This document shows positions 18,574 through 28,925 of a DNA stretch of 64,000 nt, piece by piece. Both the position numbers and the translations under genes were made by a program. The stretch is taken from assembly GCA_023415305.1 (NCBI GenBank), contig JAEZKZ010000039.1, forward strand, positions 103 through 64,102, read 5' to 3'. The notes below the pieces were generated by a model. The model made no database searches and had not been told where the DNA came from. It worked only from the letters and a program-made list of their open reading frames with translations. Within the stretch, counting starts at the first letter, position 1; each line of letters begins with the position of its first letter. The stretch comes from Bacillota bacterium (GTDB lineage Bacteria; Bacillota; Clostridia; Acetivibrionales; DSM-1351).

Positions 18574-20289
18574 CTATCTATTTGCAATATTCGTCAGAAC
18601 ATTATTAGGTCCCTTCTTTACAAAGCCCAGGAACACACATACACCGGCAATGGTCCAGAAATAAGTAACTACAGACGGTGCGTCAAAGTTGTTAAGCACA
18701 ATATTTGTAATAAGTATTCCCACCATAGCTCCGAAGCCACTCTGTATCAAGCCCTTTGAAACCTTATCCTCTACTTTGTAGGAGGCTCTCAAGGACCAGA
18801 CAACTCCGTTGTATAGTGCAGCGAGGAAGGTAACAAGGCCAAAAATCCCCATTTCTACGGCAGCCTTTATATAGTAGTTGTCAACGTAAAAGGCACCCTT
18901 AACCTTGTTGTTGGTAGCTACGGCACCGCCGAACTGCCCAAAGCCCTCCCCAAACAGCAGGTTGTTATAGAACAATTCGAGTGCTTTAGGCCATCTGGCA
19001 AATCTGCCACCTTTAAAGCTGCTTACGATATAGGCGGGGTCAAGCATATAGTCTATTCTTAACCGTACTGACGAGACCATGGTGTATGCCAGAAGTGCTA
19101 CTACGAATAAAGCTATTATCAAATAATATTTCTTGCTCAGGATTGCGTAAATGATCAAGGCGCAGCCCAGTGCTATCCATGAGGAGCGTGAACCTGTAAG
19201 CAGTATACAGATACCCATTAAGCCGGTGGCAACTGTATATGAAAGCTTTTTAACAACTTCTTTCTCTGAGAATATCAGTGATATCGCCAGTGGTATAACC
19301 ATTGCCAGAAGGCAGCCCAGTACGTTTGGACTTCCGACGAAGGAAAAAACTCTCGGTCCGGAGGATACTTCCACCTTATCGGTCCAGTAGGCAGGAGTAT
19401 CAACCTTGACGATATATTGATAAATCCCATGCAGTGACATTATCACACATGTGGCAATCATTAGCTTAACAACGTTTTTTGCCCCGTCCTCGGATCTTAA
19501 CAGTTTAACAACTATAAAGAAGAAGAACATATACTCTATGACCGCTCTTAAACCTTCAAAACCGAGGCTATTAGAGCCGAAAGTACCGAGAGAGTGTATT
19601 ATGAATAAAGCTAGACATACAACAAAAAATATTATTAGCGAAAAATCCACAGGAGTCCAGGCAAAGTTAAAATCTTTTCTGTCAACCAACCATCTAAAGA
19701 ACCAAACGCCAATACAAAAAATTATAAGGAGTTCATCCCAGCCAGATATCAGCAGACTGTTATTTGAGTTAACAGCGATAAAATATAGTACAGGATAAAT
19801 TGCTACCAGATAGGCAGCTCTTTCAAAATTTCTGAGTACAAAAATAGTACCCAAAACACCAATGATACCTGCAACTGCAAGCTTGGGAAGTACAAGCGCC
19901 GACAGACTGAGAATAACAGCAAGTAAAATAAAATAAACCAGCTTATCCCATTTACCCAAGTATTTTTTTCCAAACTGTAAAAATCCTGTAAAGGACTTGC
20001 TTAAAATGCTGTCTTTATAGGCTTTTGTATATACAAAATTAATGAAGCCTGCCAGCTTATCAAGCTTTTTACCCAAAAAGGCCAATAACCTATATGTAAT
20101 TGAAAAGGAGTATTTCGGTGTTGACTCAATATAGTTCTGTTTGGTTCTGTGAAGAACACTGTGCTGATTCCACTCAGACAGTGTTGATATACACTTGTTC
20201 AAAAAACTGTTTTTATATGCATTACCAACCAATTCGCTTACGAATATAAGGAATCTGTATAATATGCTGTTCGAGACATATTTCCACAC
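18574..20289 (-). CDS. O-antigen ligase/polymerase family membrane protein
   Basis: Many TM segments; RVFSFVGSPN, TGSRSSW, FGEGFGQF and DNYY...EMGIFG motifs. Confidence 0.85.
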   Translation of the reverse strand: MWKYVSNSILYRFLIFVSELVGNAYKNSFLNKCISTLSEWNQHSVLHRTKQNYIESTPKYSFSITYRLLAFLGKKLDKLAGFINFVYTKAYKDSILSKSFTGFLQFGKKYLGKWDKLVYFILLAVILSLSALVLPKLAVAGIIGVLGTIFVLRNFERAAYLVAIYPVLYFIAVNSNNSLLISGWDELLIIFCIGVWFFRWLVDRKDFNFAWTPVDFSLIIFFVVCLALFIIHSLGTFGSNSLGFEGLRAVIEYMFFFFIVVKLLRSEDGAKNVVKLMIATCVIMSLHGIYQYIVKVDTPAYWTDKVEVSSGPRVFSFVGSPNVLGCLLAMVIPLAISLIFSEKEVVKKLSYTVATGLMGICILLTGSRSSWIALGCALIIYAILSKKYYLIIALFVVALLAYTMVSSVRLRIDYMLDPAYIVSSFKGGRFARWPKALELFYNNLLFGEGFGQFGGAVATNNKVKGAFYVDNYYIKAAVEMGIFGLVTFLAALYNGVVWSLRASYKVEDKVSKGLIQSGFGAMVGILITNIVLNNFDAPSVVTYFWTIAGVCVFLGFVKKGPNNVLTNIANR

Positions 20290-20301
20290 AATATGACCTC
20301 C

Positions 20302-20796
20302 TTATTCAAATTCTATAGCTTCTACAGTTCCTAGTGATTCAAAGGTGCGGGTTTTAAGAGTAAATTGCTTGCCAACTGCAATTTCCTGAGATTCAAGCTT
20401 GATTATTCCACTACCTTTGCTTGTTTTCATAGTAAACGTTGCAACAAGCTCTTTTCTTTTAGGATCAACGGAATACACAGCTTTCCCATCTGCTGTATTT
20501 ATTGGAACCTCAAGTGGTTTAAATTCCACAGTTTTGATATAGGCATCTACCGGTTTAAGAAGTGAAATAAGCTGATCTTTTTCTTTCAATGCCTTCAGCT
20601 GTTCATCATTCCTAACAGAACTTCTAAAGGTAACGGTAATTTCCTGAAGGTTTTCTTCACTTGTTATTGGGCCAACATCTTTTCCCGCAGTTTTTAATAC
20701 TACTACAGCACCAATCAGAAGAACTAAAATAATAATACTTAGGTCAACAATGTTAATCAGTCCGAATAATTTTCCCTTTTCATTAATAATTTTCAT
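20302..20796 (-). CDS. DUF4330-like membrane-anchored protein
   Basis: Characteristic N-terminus MKIINEKGKLFGLINIVDL followed by a TM segment. Confidence 0.8.
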   Translation of the reverse strand: MKIINEKGKLFGLINIVDLSIIILVLLIGAVVVLKTAGKDVGPITSEENLQEITVTFRSSVRNDEQLKALKEKDQLISLLKPVDAYIKTVEFKPLEVPINTADGKAVYSVDPKRKELVATFTMKTSKGSGIIKLESQEIAVGKQFTLKTRTFESLGTVEAIEFE

Positions 20797-20900
20797 TCTT
20801 ACAACTCTCCTTAGTTATATATTTTTAGAATAACTAATTATTATTAGGTTTAGTCATTCTTATTTAAAATTCTCATGAATAATATCACAAGAATATTAAA

Positions 20901-21857
20901 TCATTGATTAATTAAGCTTTTGTATCTGTACTTATATAGTATCAGTATCTTCTTTATAAACAGCTTTATACCTGTTGTTGACAGGCTGGGTTTGTAATCG
21001 TAAACCAGCTTCGGAGGAACCTTTAAGAGGAAGTTCTGGTCTATAACCTCACCTGAAATAAGCTTCTGATATGTGCAAAATACGGCTATTGAAGGCAGCT
21101 TATAGGTTTGCACTGCGTGAATAATATCTTTTTTATTATACTTAGCTTGTTCCGGTACAGTATTCAGCCAATTAATAAAATCCTTCCACAGTCCGATTTC
21201 AGGTGCCCTGTCCGGTGAAACCGATAGGGAATTTGGCCTCTGCCTGTAAAGTGCCAGCGTCTCACGGACACAGCAAAAGCTGCCAAGGTATATAAGCTTG
21301 CAGAAGAACTCCATATCCTCACTCCAGTTCAAGCCATGTCTGAAGGATATGTTATTGTCTGTTACAGCCGACTTCCTGACTAAAACCGTGCTGGTCCAAA
21401 CGGATACTTTTTCCTCTATGACCTCAGTCAAAATCTTTCCTTCAAAATAACGCTCGGGGAAGGTTTTACCCATTTCATCACCGCAGAACATCTGATAGCC
21501 GCAGTAGCAGCCGTCCATACCTGTAGTTTCCAGCTTTCTCAGTTGCTTTTCGAGTTTATGGGGCTTCCACAGGTCATCACTGTCCAGAAATGCAAGATAT
21601 TCACCTGAGGAATTAGCAATGGCATTGTTTCTAGCCGCGGAAACCCCCTGGTTTTCTTGGTAGATATATCTGATTCTGGAATCATTCATTTTTAGTGACT
21701 CCACAAGTTTGGCACCATTGTCGGTACTTCCGTCATCTACTATAAGTACTTCAAGTTTGCTGTAGGTTTGAGCCAATACACTTTTAACTGTCTGTTCAAT
21801 ATAATTTCCGGTATTATACATTGGTATAATTACAGATATCAACGGTGAACTGTCCAT
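20901..21857 (-). CDS. Glycosyltransferase family 2
   Basis: SVIIPMYN, VDDGSTD, FLDSDD and ED motifs. Confidence 0.93.
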   Translation of the reverse strand: MDSSPLISVIIPMYNTGNYIEQTVKSVLAQTYSKLEVLIVDDGSTDNGAKLVESLKMNDSRIRYIYQENQGVSAARNNAIANSSGEYLAFLDSDDLWKPHKLEKQLRKLETTGMDGCYCGYQMFCGDEMGKTFPERYFEGKILTEVIEEKVSVWTSTVLVRKSAVTDNNISFRHGLNWSEDMEFFCKLIYLGSFCCVRETLALYRQRPNSLSVSPDRAPEIGLWKDFINWLNTVPEQAKYNKKDIIHAVQTYKLPSIAVFCTYQKLISGEVIDQNFLLKVPPKLVYDYKPSLSTTGIKLFIKKILILYKYRYKSLINQ

Positions 21858-22026
21858 TTAATCTCCCATCTCCCGCAGTTTTGGCAAATTTAAATTGTGA
21901 TAAAATTCCTCTGAGGCATTTTTATGGTTAGTTTAGCACCTCGTTTTCAAGATGTCAATTTCATGCAAGGCTGCTATGGATTTTGAGCAAAGCTAAATAC
22001 GGAATTACTCATTTTAACTTGTGAAT

Positions 22027-23205
22027 TCAGTTGTTTCTTAAGACCAGCTTAACCAGTTTTTTAGGAATCCTCAGACACCTGCTCAATAACAACTGAGTTC
22101 TCGACGGAGCTTTTAAGAATTTGAGCGCAAGAGCAGGGAAATCTCCATACTCCATTTTAGTGAAAAATCTGCTCCTTCGTTTGTTTGGGCTTGAAGGGCC
22201 TATAAGGCTGGGATTCTCTCTGATAGCAGCTGGCAGGTCAGCTTTGAAAATAGCAAGCTTATCCCGGCAAGCCGTCAGTAACTCCTCGCCTCTTGGTGAA
22301 TTCAACAAAATCAGTGAGGTACCCTTATCGTCATCAAGCTGGGGATTATACTTATCAATACCCCAGAAATCAGCCAGAGTGATATCAGACTGTCTTTGAA
22401 CAGAGGCATATTTACAGCTGTGACAGGAGGGCCTTAAGTACATGTTGCCGATAAACCCCCTCATGTAAGGATCTTCTTTGAAATTGGTACTTACATGCTG
22501 GCCGTTTTTAAAGCTTACAGTTACATTATAATTCTTCCAGCCAGAGGATTTGTTACGAAATTGAAACCTTTGTATTTCCGAATTGTTTAATTTCTCCAAG
22601 TGTGCCTTATATAGCTCAAATACACCTGGGGAAGGGACACCATGACACACACAATCGCAGGTATACAGATTTTGGTTGATTCTGCCAAGAAAAGAGTACA
22701 GGCCGCTTACCTGACAGGGAGTGCCTGAAAATAGTACCTTTCTTCCGTCCTTCAGCAATACTCTGATTTCTTTATAAGTGTTACCGATGGAACTTTGAGT
22801 ATATTTAGAACCTTGAAGACTCCAAAGCTGATCCGATGACTCTACGCCCCTGTGAACAACTTCAACTTTATCGTTAAAGGCAGCACCGAAAACCACCCCT
22901 CCCTGAGAGAGTACCTTTTCAGCCAGTGCTGAAAACACTCCCCCCGAAGTGCTTGCCTTCCTGATGTCCTCGTTTTTATTCCATATGGCGTATACCTGAG
23001 GATAAGGCTCGGAAGAAGCTTCAACACTGCTGAAAATGGGGCAGGACTTTCTGCACAGGCCGCAATCGGTGCATTTATCAAGATTTATTTCGGGGTATGA
23101 AAAGCCCTCCTTATCAACTATAAGGTCTATGGCAATAGTGGGACATATCTGTACGCAGGAACCGCAGCCATAACAATTATTCTTTTTATCAAATACAGTT
23201 TCCAT
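22027..23205 (-). CDS. 4Fe-4S, coenzyme F420 hydrogenase/dehydrogenase beta-subunit-like protein
   Basis: Two CxxCxxCxxxCP motifs, STSGG, GSKY, GTPCQ, CHGVPS, RPSC and DITLADFWG; start METVF after GGAGGGG. Confidence 0.88.
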   Translation of the reverse strand: METVFDKKNNCYGCGSCVQICPTIAIDLIVDKEGFSYPEINLDKCTDCGLCRKSCPIFSSVEASSEPYPQVYAIWNKNEDIRKASTSGGVFSALAEKVLSQGGVVFGAAFNDKVEVVHRGVESSDQLWSLQGSKYTQSSIGNTYKEIRVLLKDGRKVLFSGTPCQVSGLYSFLGRINQNLYTCDCVCHGVPSPGVFELYKAHLEKLNNSEIQRFQFRNKSSGWKNYNVTVSFKNGQHVSTNFKEDPYMRGFIGNMYLRPSCHSCKYASVQRQSDITLADFWGIDKYNPQLDDDKGTSLILLNSPRGEELLTACRDKLAIFKADLPAAIRENPSLIGPSSPNKRRSRFFTKMEYGDFPALALKFLKAPSRTQLLLSRCLRIPKKLVKLVLRNN

Positions 23206-23221
23206 ATGCGACCCCTCCCAG

Positions 23222-24748
23222 TTATTTATTTCGCACTTTATTAAGTATTCCCATAACAGGTCCCAGGCATAAGCCTTTTTCATACGAGTTCATACCTATG
23301 AGCCAGATTGCTGTCCCATATGCAGCCGAGAACAGAATACCCTTCAGCACTAATCCGGTCCAGCCACCCACAGGAATGTACATAAATGCTACGCCTATTA
23401 GTATACTCAGTACCATTGCCGGAAGAAGCCCGTGGAATACTTCTCTGAAGAATCTGGCTATATCCAGTCCGATTTTCTTCCGGTAATAGATGTTGATAAT
23501 TATAATATTTCCTATAATCAGTGATATTGAGGTGCCTATTACAGCACCAATTATGCCGATTTCCCTGGTGAGTAGTATGCTTATTCCCAGATTAAAAACT
23601 GATATAATCAGGTACATTATAGATCTGAAGGCGTGTAAGTTTTTGGCCTGGAGTATTGATATGCCAACATTCTGAATCAGCGGAATTGTCAGAGGAACCA
23701 TAGCAATAAGAGCAATCTGATATACCTGAACATAATCGGGTCCGGCCCATAGAATTACAAAGGGTTTACCCAACAGTATGAAGCCTGATAGGATAAAGCC
23801 TATTACAATAAACTGAATTCTTCCTGTTTTAATAAAAAGATTATCAAGCTCTTTGCTGGAAGCATTATCAACACACATCTGTGTAGCCCTTGGCAGGAAC
23901 ACTCCGGAAATTGCTGTTGAAAAATTGATATAATAGCCCGGAAAGGACATGCCGAGGCCGAATATAGCTACCGATGCCGCCCCGTAATAAATACCTACAA
24001 CAAGCTGTCCAAGCTTCCAGTACACCATATCGACTATCATATTAATAAAAACATAAACTGAAAAAAGCAGAATTTCCTTTACAAAAGGCCAGTTATGATG
24101 ACGGTATCTTATTTTTACTTTCATTTTATAAAACACAAACCACATGTTTATTAACAGCAGCAATACGTTTAATACCGTATCCACCACAACTATGGCCAGT
24201 GCCTTATAGCCCATCAGCAGCAGGATGATAATTGCCAGCGGCCGGGCAATGACCCTTACGATTGCCATTGCTCTTGGGAAAACAAATTTTTCATAGCCTG
24301 ACATTATTGAGGTGAATGCATTCATAAATAATGTCAGGCCAATATTTATGATAAGGATCTCAAACATTTTTCTGGCGGTATCCAGCTCGGTCGCGGTCAA
24401 TGATTCCTCGAAAATGGAAGGCAGCGCTGGAATTAAGGATAGACCTATTCCAACTGCAAATACGGTTAAAACCGTGTATATCAGAAAGGCAAGAGACAGA
24501 AAGCCCTGTTCGCCTTCTTTGTCATTTTGCGCTCTGTACTTTGCGACATACCTGATTATTGTATTACCCAGACCAAAATCCAGGACAGCCATATAGCCAA
24601 CAAAGGCACCGATTAGCATATAAAGTCCATATTCTGATTTTCCCAGTGTAGTAAGCAGAAATGGCGTAAAAGCAAGATTTATTAAATTTGAAAGTAAAAT
24701 ATTTGTATATGACAGGGCAGCGCCCCATTTTAGTTCATTTATCTTCAT
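23222..24748 (-). CDS. Wzx-type polysaccharide flippase
   Basis: ~14 TM segments; LGKSEYGLY and DFGL motifs. Confidence 0.88.
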   Translation of the reverse strand: MKINELKWGAALSYTNILLSNLINLAFTPFLLTTLGKSEYGLYMLIGAFVGYMAVLDFGLGNTIIRYVAKYRAQNDKEGEQGFLSLAFLIYTVLTVFAVGIGLSLIPALPSIFEESLTATELDTARKMFEILIINIGLTLFMNAFTSIMSGYEKFVFPRAMAIVRVIARPLAIIILLLMGYKALAIVVVDTVLNVLLLLINMWFVFYKMKVKIRYRHHNWPFVKEILLFSVYVFINMIVDMVYWKLGQLVVGIYYGAASVAIFGLGMSFPGYYINFSTAISGVFLPRATQMCVDNASSKELDNLFIKTGRIQFIVIGFILSGFILLGKPFVILWAGPDYVQVYQIALIAMVPLTIPLIQNVGISILQAKNLHAFRSIMYLIISVFNLGISILLTREIGIIGAVIGTSISLIIGNIIIINIYYRKKIGLDIARFFREVFHGLLPAMVLSILIGVAFMYIPVGGWTGLVLKGILFSAAYGTAIWLIGMNSYEKGLCLGPVMGILNKVRNK

Positions 24749-24770
24749 GGTTTATTCAGGGTTTATCCTT

Positions 24771-25949
24771 TCATTCTTCTGACAACAAATTCCTGACTGG
24801 AACTCCGGCAGAATAGGATTTTTCAATGTAGCCCGGCATAAAGTCAGATAAATGCCTCCGTATATCTCCCTCGTGCTCCTTCAGGTTTTCGTAAGCTTTT
24901 ATTAATTGATTTTCCTCCTCAAGCTTTTGAACGGGGAGGGTGTACATATCCTCACTGCCGAAGATGTCCTTCGCAATGCCTCTGGCCTTTACAGAATAGC
25001 CTATAACCAGCGTAGGAACCTCTGTGGAATAGGCGGCAATAGTTGCGTGTGTACGTGCTCCGATAAATAGCTTACACTTGGATATAAAACCTTTCAGCTC
25101 CATACAGTTGTAGTTGTCACCAAGAAGTATAACTCTTCCGGTATTTTTAAACAACTCGTAAAGTTTTGACAGCGGAACCATATCATTGTCATGCTCCCAA
25201 AGTACATGCGGAATAAGAGCTATCTGGCTGTCGGTGGTATCAATAATATGCTGAATAAGCCGTGTATAGCTTTTGAATACAATTCCTCCGCTGGTTTCAC
25301 TTTTCATTATAAGAGGGCTTACATTTATTCCGATGGTATTACCGTCGATAAAGCCCTCCGGCAGTGGCGCTGATTGTAAGTCTAATGTAAAGGCCGGATC
25401 GGGCAGAAGTATTGTGTTGGTGAGGCCTTTGTCAACAAAAGCCTGGTGGGTAATACTTTCTCTGGCAATGATGAGGCTGTATTTTTTTAAGTCCTCCAGC
25501 ATCTCTGCATTTATGACCTCGGGGTCTACAGAACAGCCCCAGAAGACGGTTTTGCTTCCTTTCTCGAGGGCCATTTTATTTGTATGGTAGATCCATCTTG
25601 GGATACCATAGCAGTAGTTATCTCCTCCTATAGAGAGGCATAAGGTCTGCTTGTCCATTTTAGCTGTAATATCTTTTTGAGAAAAGGAAAATAGAAAATC
25701 CTTCTTTAGCTTTGATTTTCTTAATGCTGCATCTATAAGTCTTATGGGGTGTAGACCTTCATAACGCTTATATGTGATATAATTTAATTTGAAATCGGGT
25801 GACAGAAAGTTTATATCCTCCTGTACTCTGAAGGTCGCTAGAGATACATCTATATTCTTGAGATTTAATATTTTCAAGGTTGATCTTACAATAGCTTCAC
25901 AGCCGTGATTCCTGCTGCCGGCATGAGCATATAGCAATAAATGTTTCAT
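24771..25949 (-). CDS. Polysaccharide pyruvyl transferase family protein
   Basis: NHGCEAI, IGGDNY, ARES, PDPAF, GARTHA and YSVK motifs. Confidence 0.87.
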   Translation of the reverse strand: MKHLLLYAHAGSRNHGCEAIVRSTLKILNLKNIDVSLATFRVQEDINFLSPDFKLNYITYKRYEGLHPIRLIDAALRKSKLKKDFLFSFSQKDITAKMDKQTLCLSIGGDNYCYGIPRWIYHTNKMALEKGSKTVFWGCSVDPEVINAEMLEDLKKYSLIIARESITHQAFVDKGLTNTILLPDPAFTLDLQSAPLPEGFIDGNTIGINVSPLIMKSETSGGIVFKSYTRLIQHIIDTTDSQIALIPHVLWEHDNDMVPLSKLYELFKNTGRVILLGDNYNCMELKGFISKCKLFIGARTHATIAAYSTEVPTLVIGYSVKARGIAKDIFGSEDMYTLPVQKLEEENQLIKAYENLKEHEGDIRRHLSDFMPGYIEKSYSAGVPVRNLLSEE

Positions 25950-26171
25950 AAATTACCTTTCTTTCAGACGCAAAAGCTTAATTGAATATTTTATGCCTTG
26001 ACTATACAGGCAATTAAGTCTGATAATTAATTATACCCTCGAGTATTATGCTTTACAAGTTTCAGGCTTAAAATTGACGTTCCTTGAACATATGCGTTAT
26101 AAATATTACGGTTTTTACCGATATATAATTGAAGTCGGAAAAATATGTTAAGCTGGGATTGTGGAGGTCAA

Positions 26172-26801
26172 ATGTGGAAGTTTTTTAACAGAAAAAAACC
26201 GGAACCTCAGTTGGATATGAAGGTCCTAATAAAAAATGACATTTCTCTGTTAACTTTGGACGAAAGGTGGAACGGTCTGTTTAAAAACATTGTTAAAACC
26301 GAAGCCATAGTAGAGTGTGAGAATAATATCAAGGAACTGCTGAAGGAACAGTCAAGGATTATTTCCGAATCAAAAGAAATAGTCGTTAACAAAAAAGAAT
26401 ATATGGACCAAATAATAAAGCTGACAACCGAGGTTTTTGATAATAACAATCAGGATGCACAGTCTGACATGCAGGAATGTGAAAAGCAGATTGTGAGTAT
26501 TAATAACAGGTTGACCGAGATAGAGGAAAGACTTGCTGCCATTCCTAAAGAAATTAGGCAGGCTAATCTGGAACTGCTCGAGCAGACTGTAAAACTTGTT
26601 TATTTCTCCATAAGAGAAAATCAGCAGAAGGTGGCCGAACTTGACAGGGAAATTGCCGAAACAAAGGAAAAGCTTATAAAGCTGGTTGATGAGAGGGAAC
26701 TCAGGGCTCAGGACGATACCGATACATACTCCTATTTCCATGATCTTCTTGGGGGAGACCAACTGCAGAAGCTGGATGAGGTTTACTTCGGCAACAAGTA
26801 G
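26172..26801 (+). CDS. Coiled-coil hypothetical protein
   Basis: GGAGGT RBS; long heptad-rich helical sequence. Confidence 0.75.
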   Translation: MWKFFNRKKPEPQLDMKVLIKNDISLLTLDERWNGLFKNIVKTEAIVECENNIKELLKEQSRIISESKEIVVNKKEYMDQIIKLTTEVFDNNNQDAQSDMQECEKQIVSINNRLTEIEERLAAIPKEIRQANLELLEQTVKLVYFSIRENQQKVAELDREIAETKEKLIKLVDERELRAQDDTDTYSYFHDLLGGDQLQKLDEVYFGNK

Positions 26802-26851
26802 CAAAAGCTGTTGGGCTGTTTTTGTTACTGATTCAGACTACTGGATAGTAG

Positions 26852-26920
26852 CTACTAACTACTAACTACTAACTACTAACTACTAACTATAACTACTAGC
26901 TACTAACTACTAACTACTGA
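26852..26920 (+). repeat. Heptamer tandem repeat (CTACTAA)x10, three variant units
   Basis: Read directly; ends immediately before the RBS of the next gene. Confidence 0.95.
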
Positions 26921-26933
26921 AAGGTGATTTGAC

Positions 26934-28490
26934 ATGAAAGCCGTTACCGGTGCCCAGATGGGCGAAATAGATAAATATTCGATTGAGAAGATGGCCATTC
27001 CTGGATTGCTGCTGATGGAAAACGCTGCACTGCAAATAGTCCGGCATGTTGAGCGGTATTTTGAACTGAATACTTCATTGCCCGAGAAGGTTATCCTTGT
27101 GGCAGGAAAGGGCAATAATGCCGGAGATGCCTTTGCAGTGGCCAGACATCTATTGATAAAAGGCTACAATATAATTGTATACTGCCTGTTTGATAAAGCT
27201 TTTCTTATGGGAGATGCCCGCTTGAATTTTGATATTATAGAAAGGCTCAAGGCAGATATCAGATATATTGGTGAAACCTTAAATATAGATGAATTCGGAC
27301 ATGAAATGTCTAAAGCATCTCTTGTAATTGACGGTATATTCGGAACAGGCTTCAGAGGAGAAGCAAAAGGATATATTGCCGAAGTTATTAATTCTATAAA
27401 TACAAATTCCATCTATACTCTTTCCATAGATATTGCCTCAGGTGTTGAATCTGCCACTGGTAAGGTATCCGGTGCCTGTATAAAAGCAGCTAAAACTGTA
27501 ACCTTTGAATTACCTAAAATAGGACAGCTCATATACCCCGGAGCGGAATTCACCGGAGAACTGGCAGTAGAAGCCATAGGTATGCCAACTGAAGCACTTG
27601 ATTCTGTAAATATTAATATATTTTTAACAGATTTTAAGACAGTAAAGATGATAATCCCAAAGAGAGGTTCGGAAGCCAACAAGGGCAGCTGCGGAAAACT
27701 GGCAGTTATAACAGGCTCGCAGGGTATGGCGGGCTCCGGCTGCCTTGCATCAAAGGCAGCCCTAAGAACAGGTTCGGGCCTTGTGTACATTGGTGCTCCA
27801 AAAAGTATGATAAATATATACCAGAGCGTAGTGCCCGAGGCGGTAGGGATTGGACTAGTGGAGTATAATGGGGTACTGGGGCAGAACAGCATAGAAGGTA
27901 TACTAAAACTATTAAATAAATGTGACACGGCAGTTATAGGGCCGGGCCTTTCTTCTAATGATTACATATTCTATATAATAAATTCAATTGCCGACAAAAT
28001 AGATATACCTGTTGTACTTGATGCCGATGCACTGAATGCCCTGTCAAAGGATACTGGGCTCTTCGACAGGTTTAAAAATGAAGTGGTTATTACTCCGCAT
28101 CCGGGAGAAATGGCAAGGTTGACAGGGCTTGACATACAGTATATTCAGGAGAACAGACTTGAGACAGCGCTGAAATATTCCCGATTGTGGGGAGTAACAG
28201 TAGTGCTGAAGGGTGCAAAAACAATTGTGGCTCACAGCAGCGGGAAAGTTTATATCAACCCCACAGGCAATTCCGGGATGGCCACAGCAGGCAGCGGGGA
28301 TTCATTGACCGGTATTATTGCATCGCTGATTGGACAGGGAGCTGGAGTGTTTGAGGCTGCTGTGGCCGGAGTGTATCTGCACGGTCTGGCCGGAGATATG
28401 GCAGCAGAAGAAAAAGGGGAATACGGAGTGATTGCATCTGACATCGTGGAAAGTATTCCTACAGCAATTAAAAAAGTTATGAAGCAGTGA
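26934..28490 (+). CDS. nnr: Bifunctional NAD(P)H-hydrate epimerase/dehydratase (NnrE-NnrD)
   Basis: LMENA, GKGNNAGD, DGIFGTG and DIASG (epimerase); GPGL, DADAL, TPHPGE and GSGD (dehydratase). Confidence 0.93.
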   Translation: MKAVTGAQMGEIDKYSIEKMAIPGLLLMENAALQIVRHVERYFELNTSLPEKVILVAGKGNNAGDAFAVARHLLIKGYNIIVYCLFDKAFLMGDARLNFDIIERLKADIRYIGETLNIDEFGHEMSKASLVIDGIFGTGFRGEAKGYIAEVINSINTNSIYTLSIDIASGVESATGKVSGACIKAAKTVTFELPKIGQLIYPGAEFTGELAVEAIGMPTEALDSVNINIFLTDFKTVKMIIPKRGSEANKGSCGKLAVITGSQGMAGSGCLASKAALRTGSGLVYIGAPKSMINIYQSVVPEAVGIGLVEYNGVLGQNSIEGILKLLNKCDTAVIGPGLSSNDYIFYIINSIADKIDIPVVLDADALNALSKDTGLFDRFKNEVVITPHPGEMARLTGLDIQYIQENRLETALKYSRLWGVTVVLKGAKTIVAHSSGKVYINPTGNSGMATAGSGDSLTGIIASLIGQGAGVFEAAVAGVYLHGLAGDMAAEEKGEYGVIASDIVESIPTAIKKVMKQ

Positions 28491-28925
28491 CAAACGTATT
28501 AGTGGCATTAAATATAATAAAACATATTATTATAGTATAAGTGTTATTATAATAGATATGTTTAATGTTTGAATAGTGTTAAAGAAAACAACTATTGAAC
28601 ATATGTATTAGCTAGTATTTTTGTAAAAAATGTTTTTGGTAAACAGAATTTGGTTATACTAGAGAAAGATATTCTTAGTGAATGAAACTTTATTAATTTT
28701 AGGCAGATTAAAGCAGAGATCAAATTAGCAAGCTGTAAAGTAACAACAACTTTGAGCTGCACTGTCTGTTTCAGTAAACAAGGGTATATGGGGTACACGA
28801 AGGTTAGCGTGAAAAGTGAGAAACATGAGTTGGCGCTTACATCTATATTTCTCGCGCTACAAAAAGCCACTTCGTGTCATATTAAAACTTTTATGAGCAC
28901 GCAATGCACGTAGATGGGGGATAGA

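Noticed and set aside
26098..26124. SigD-like promoter (ACCGATAT here; GCCGAAAA near 41383)
   Set aside because: TAAA-to-GCCGATAT spacing does not fit well, so it is too weak to call.
26852..26920. TACTAAC matching the yeast intron branch point
   Set aside because: Bacterial context; it is only a rotation of the heptamer repeat.
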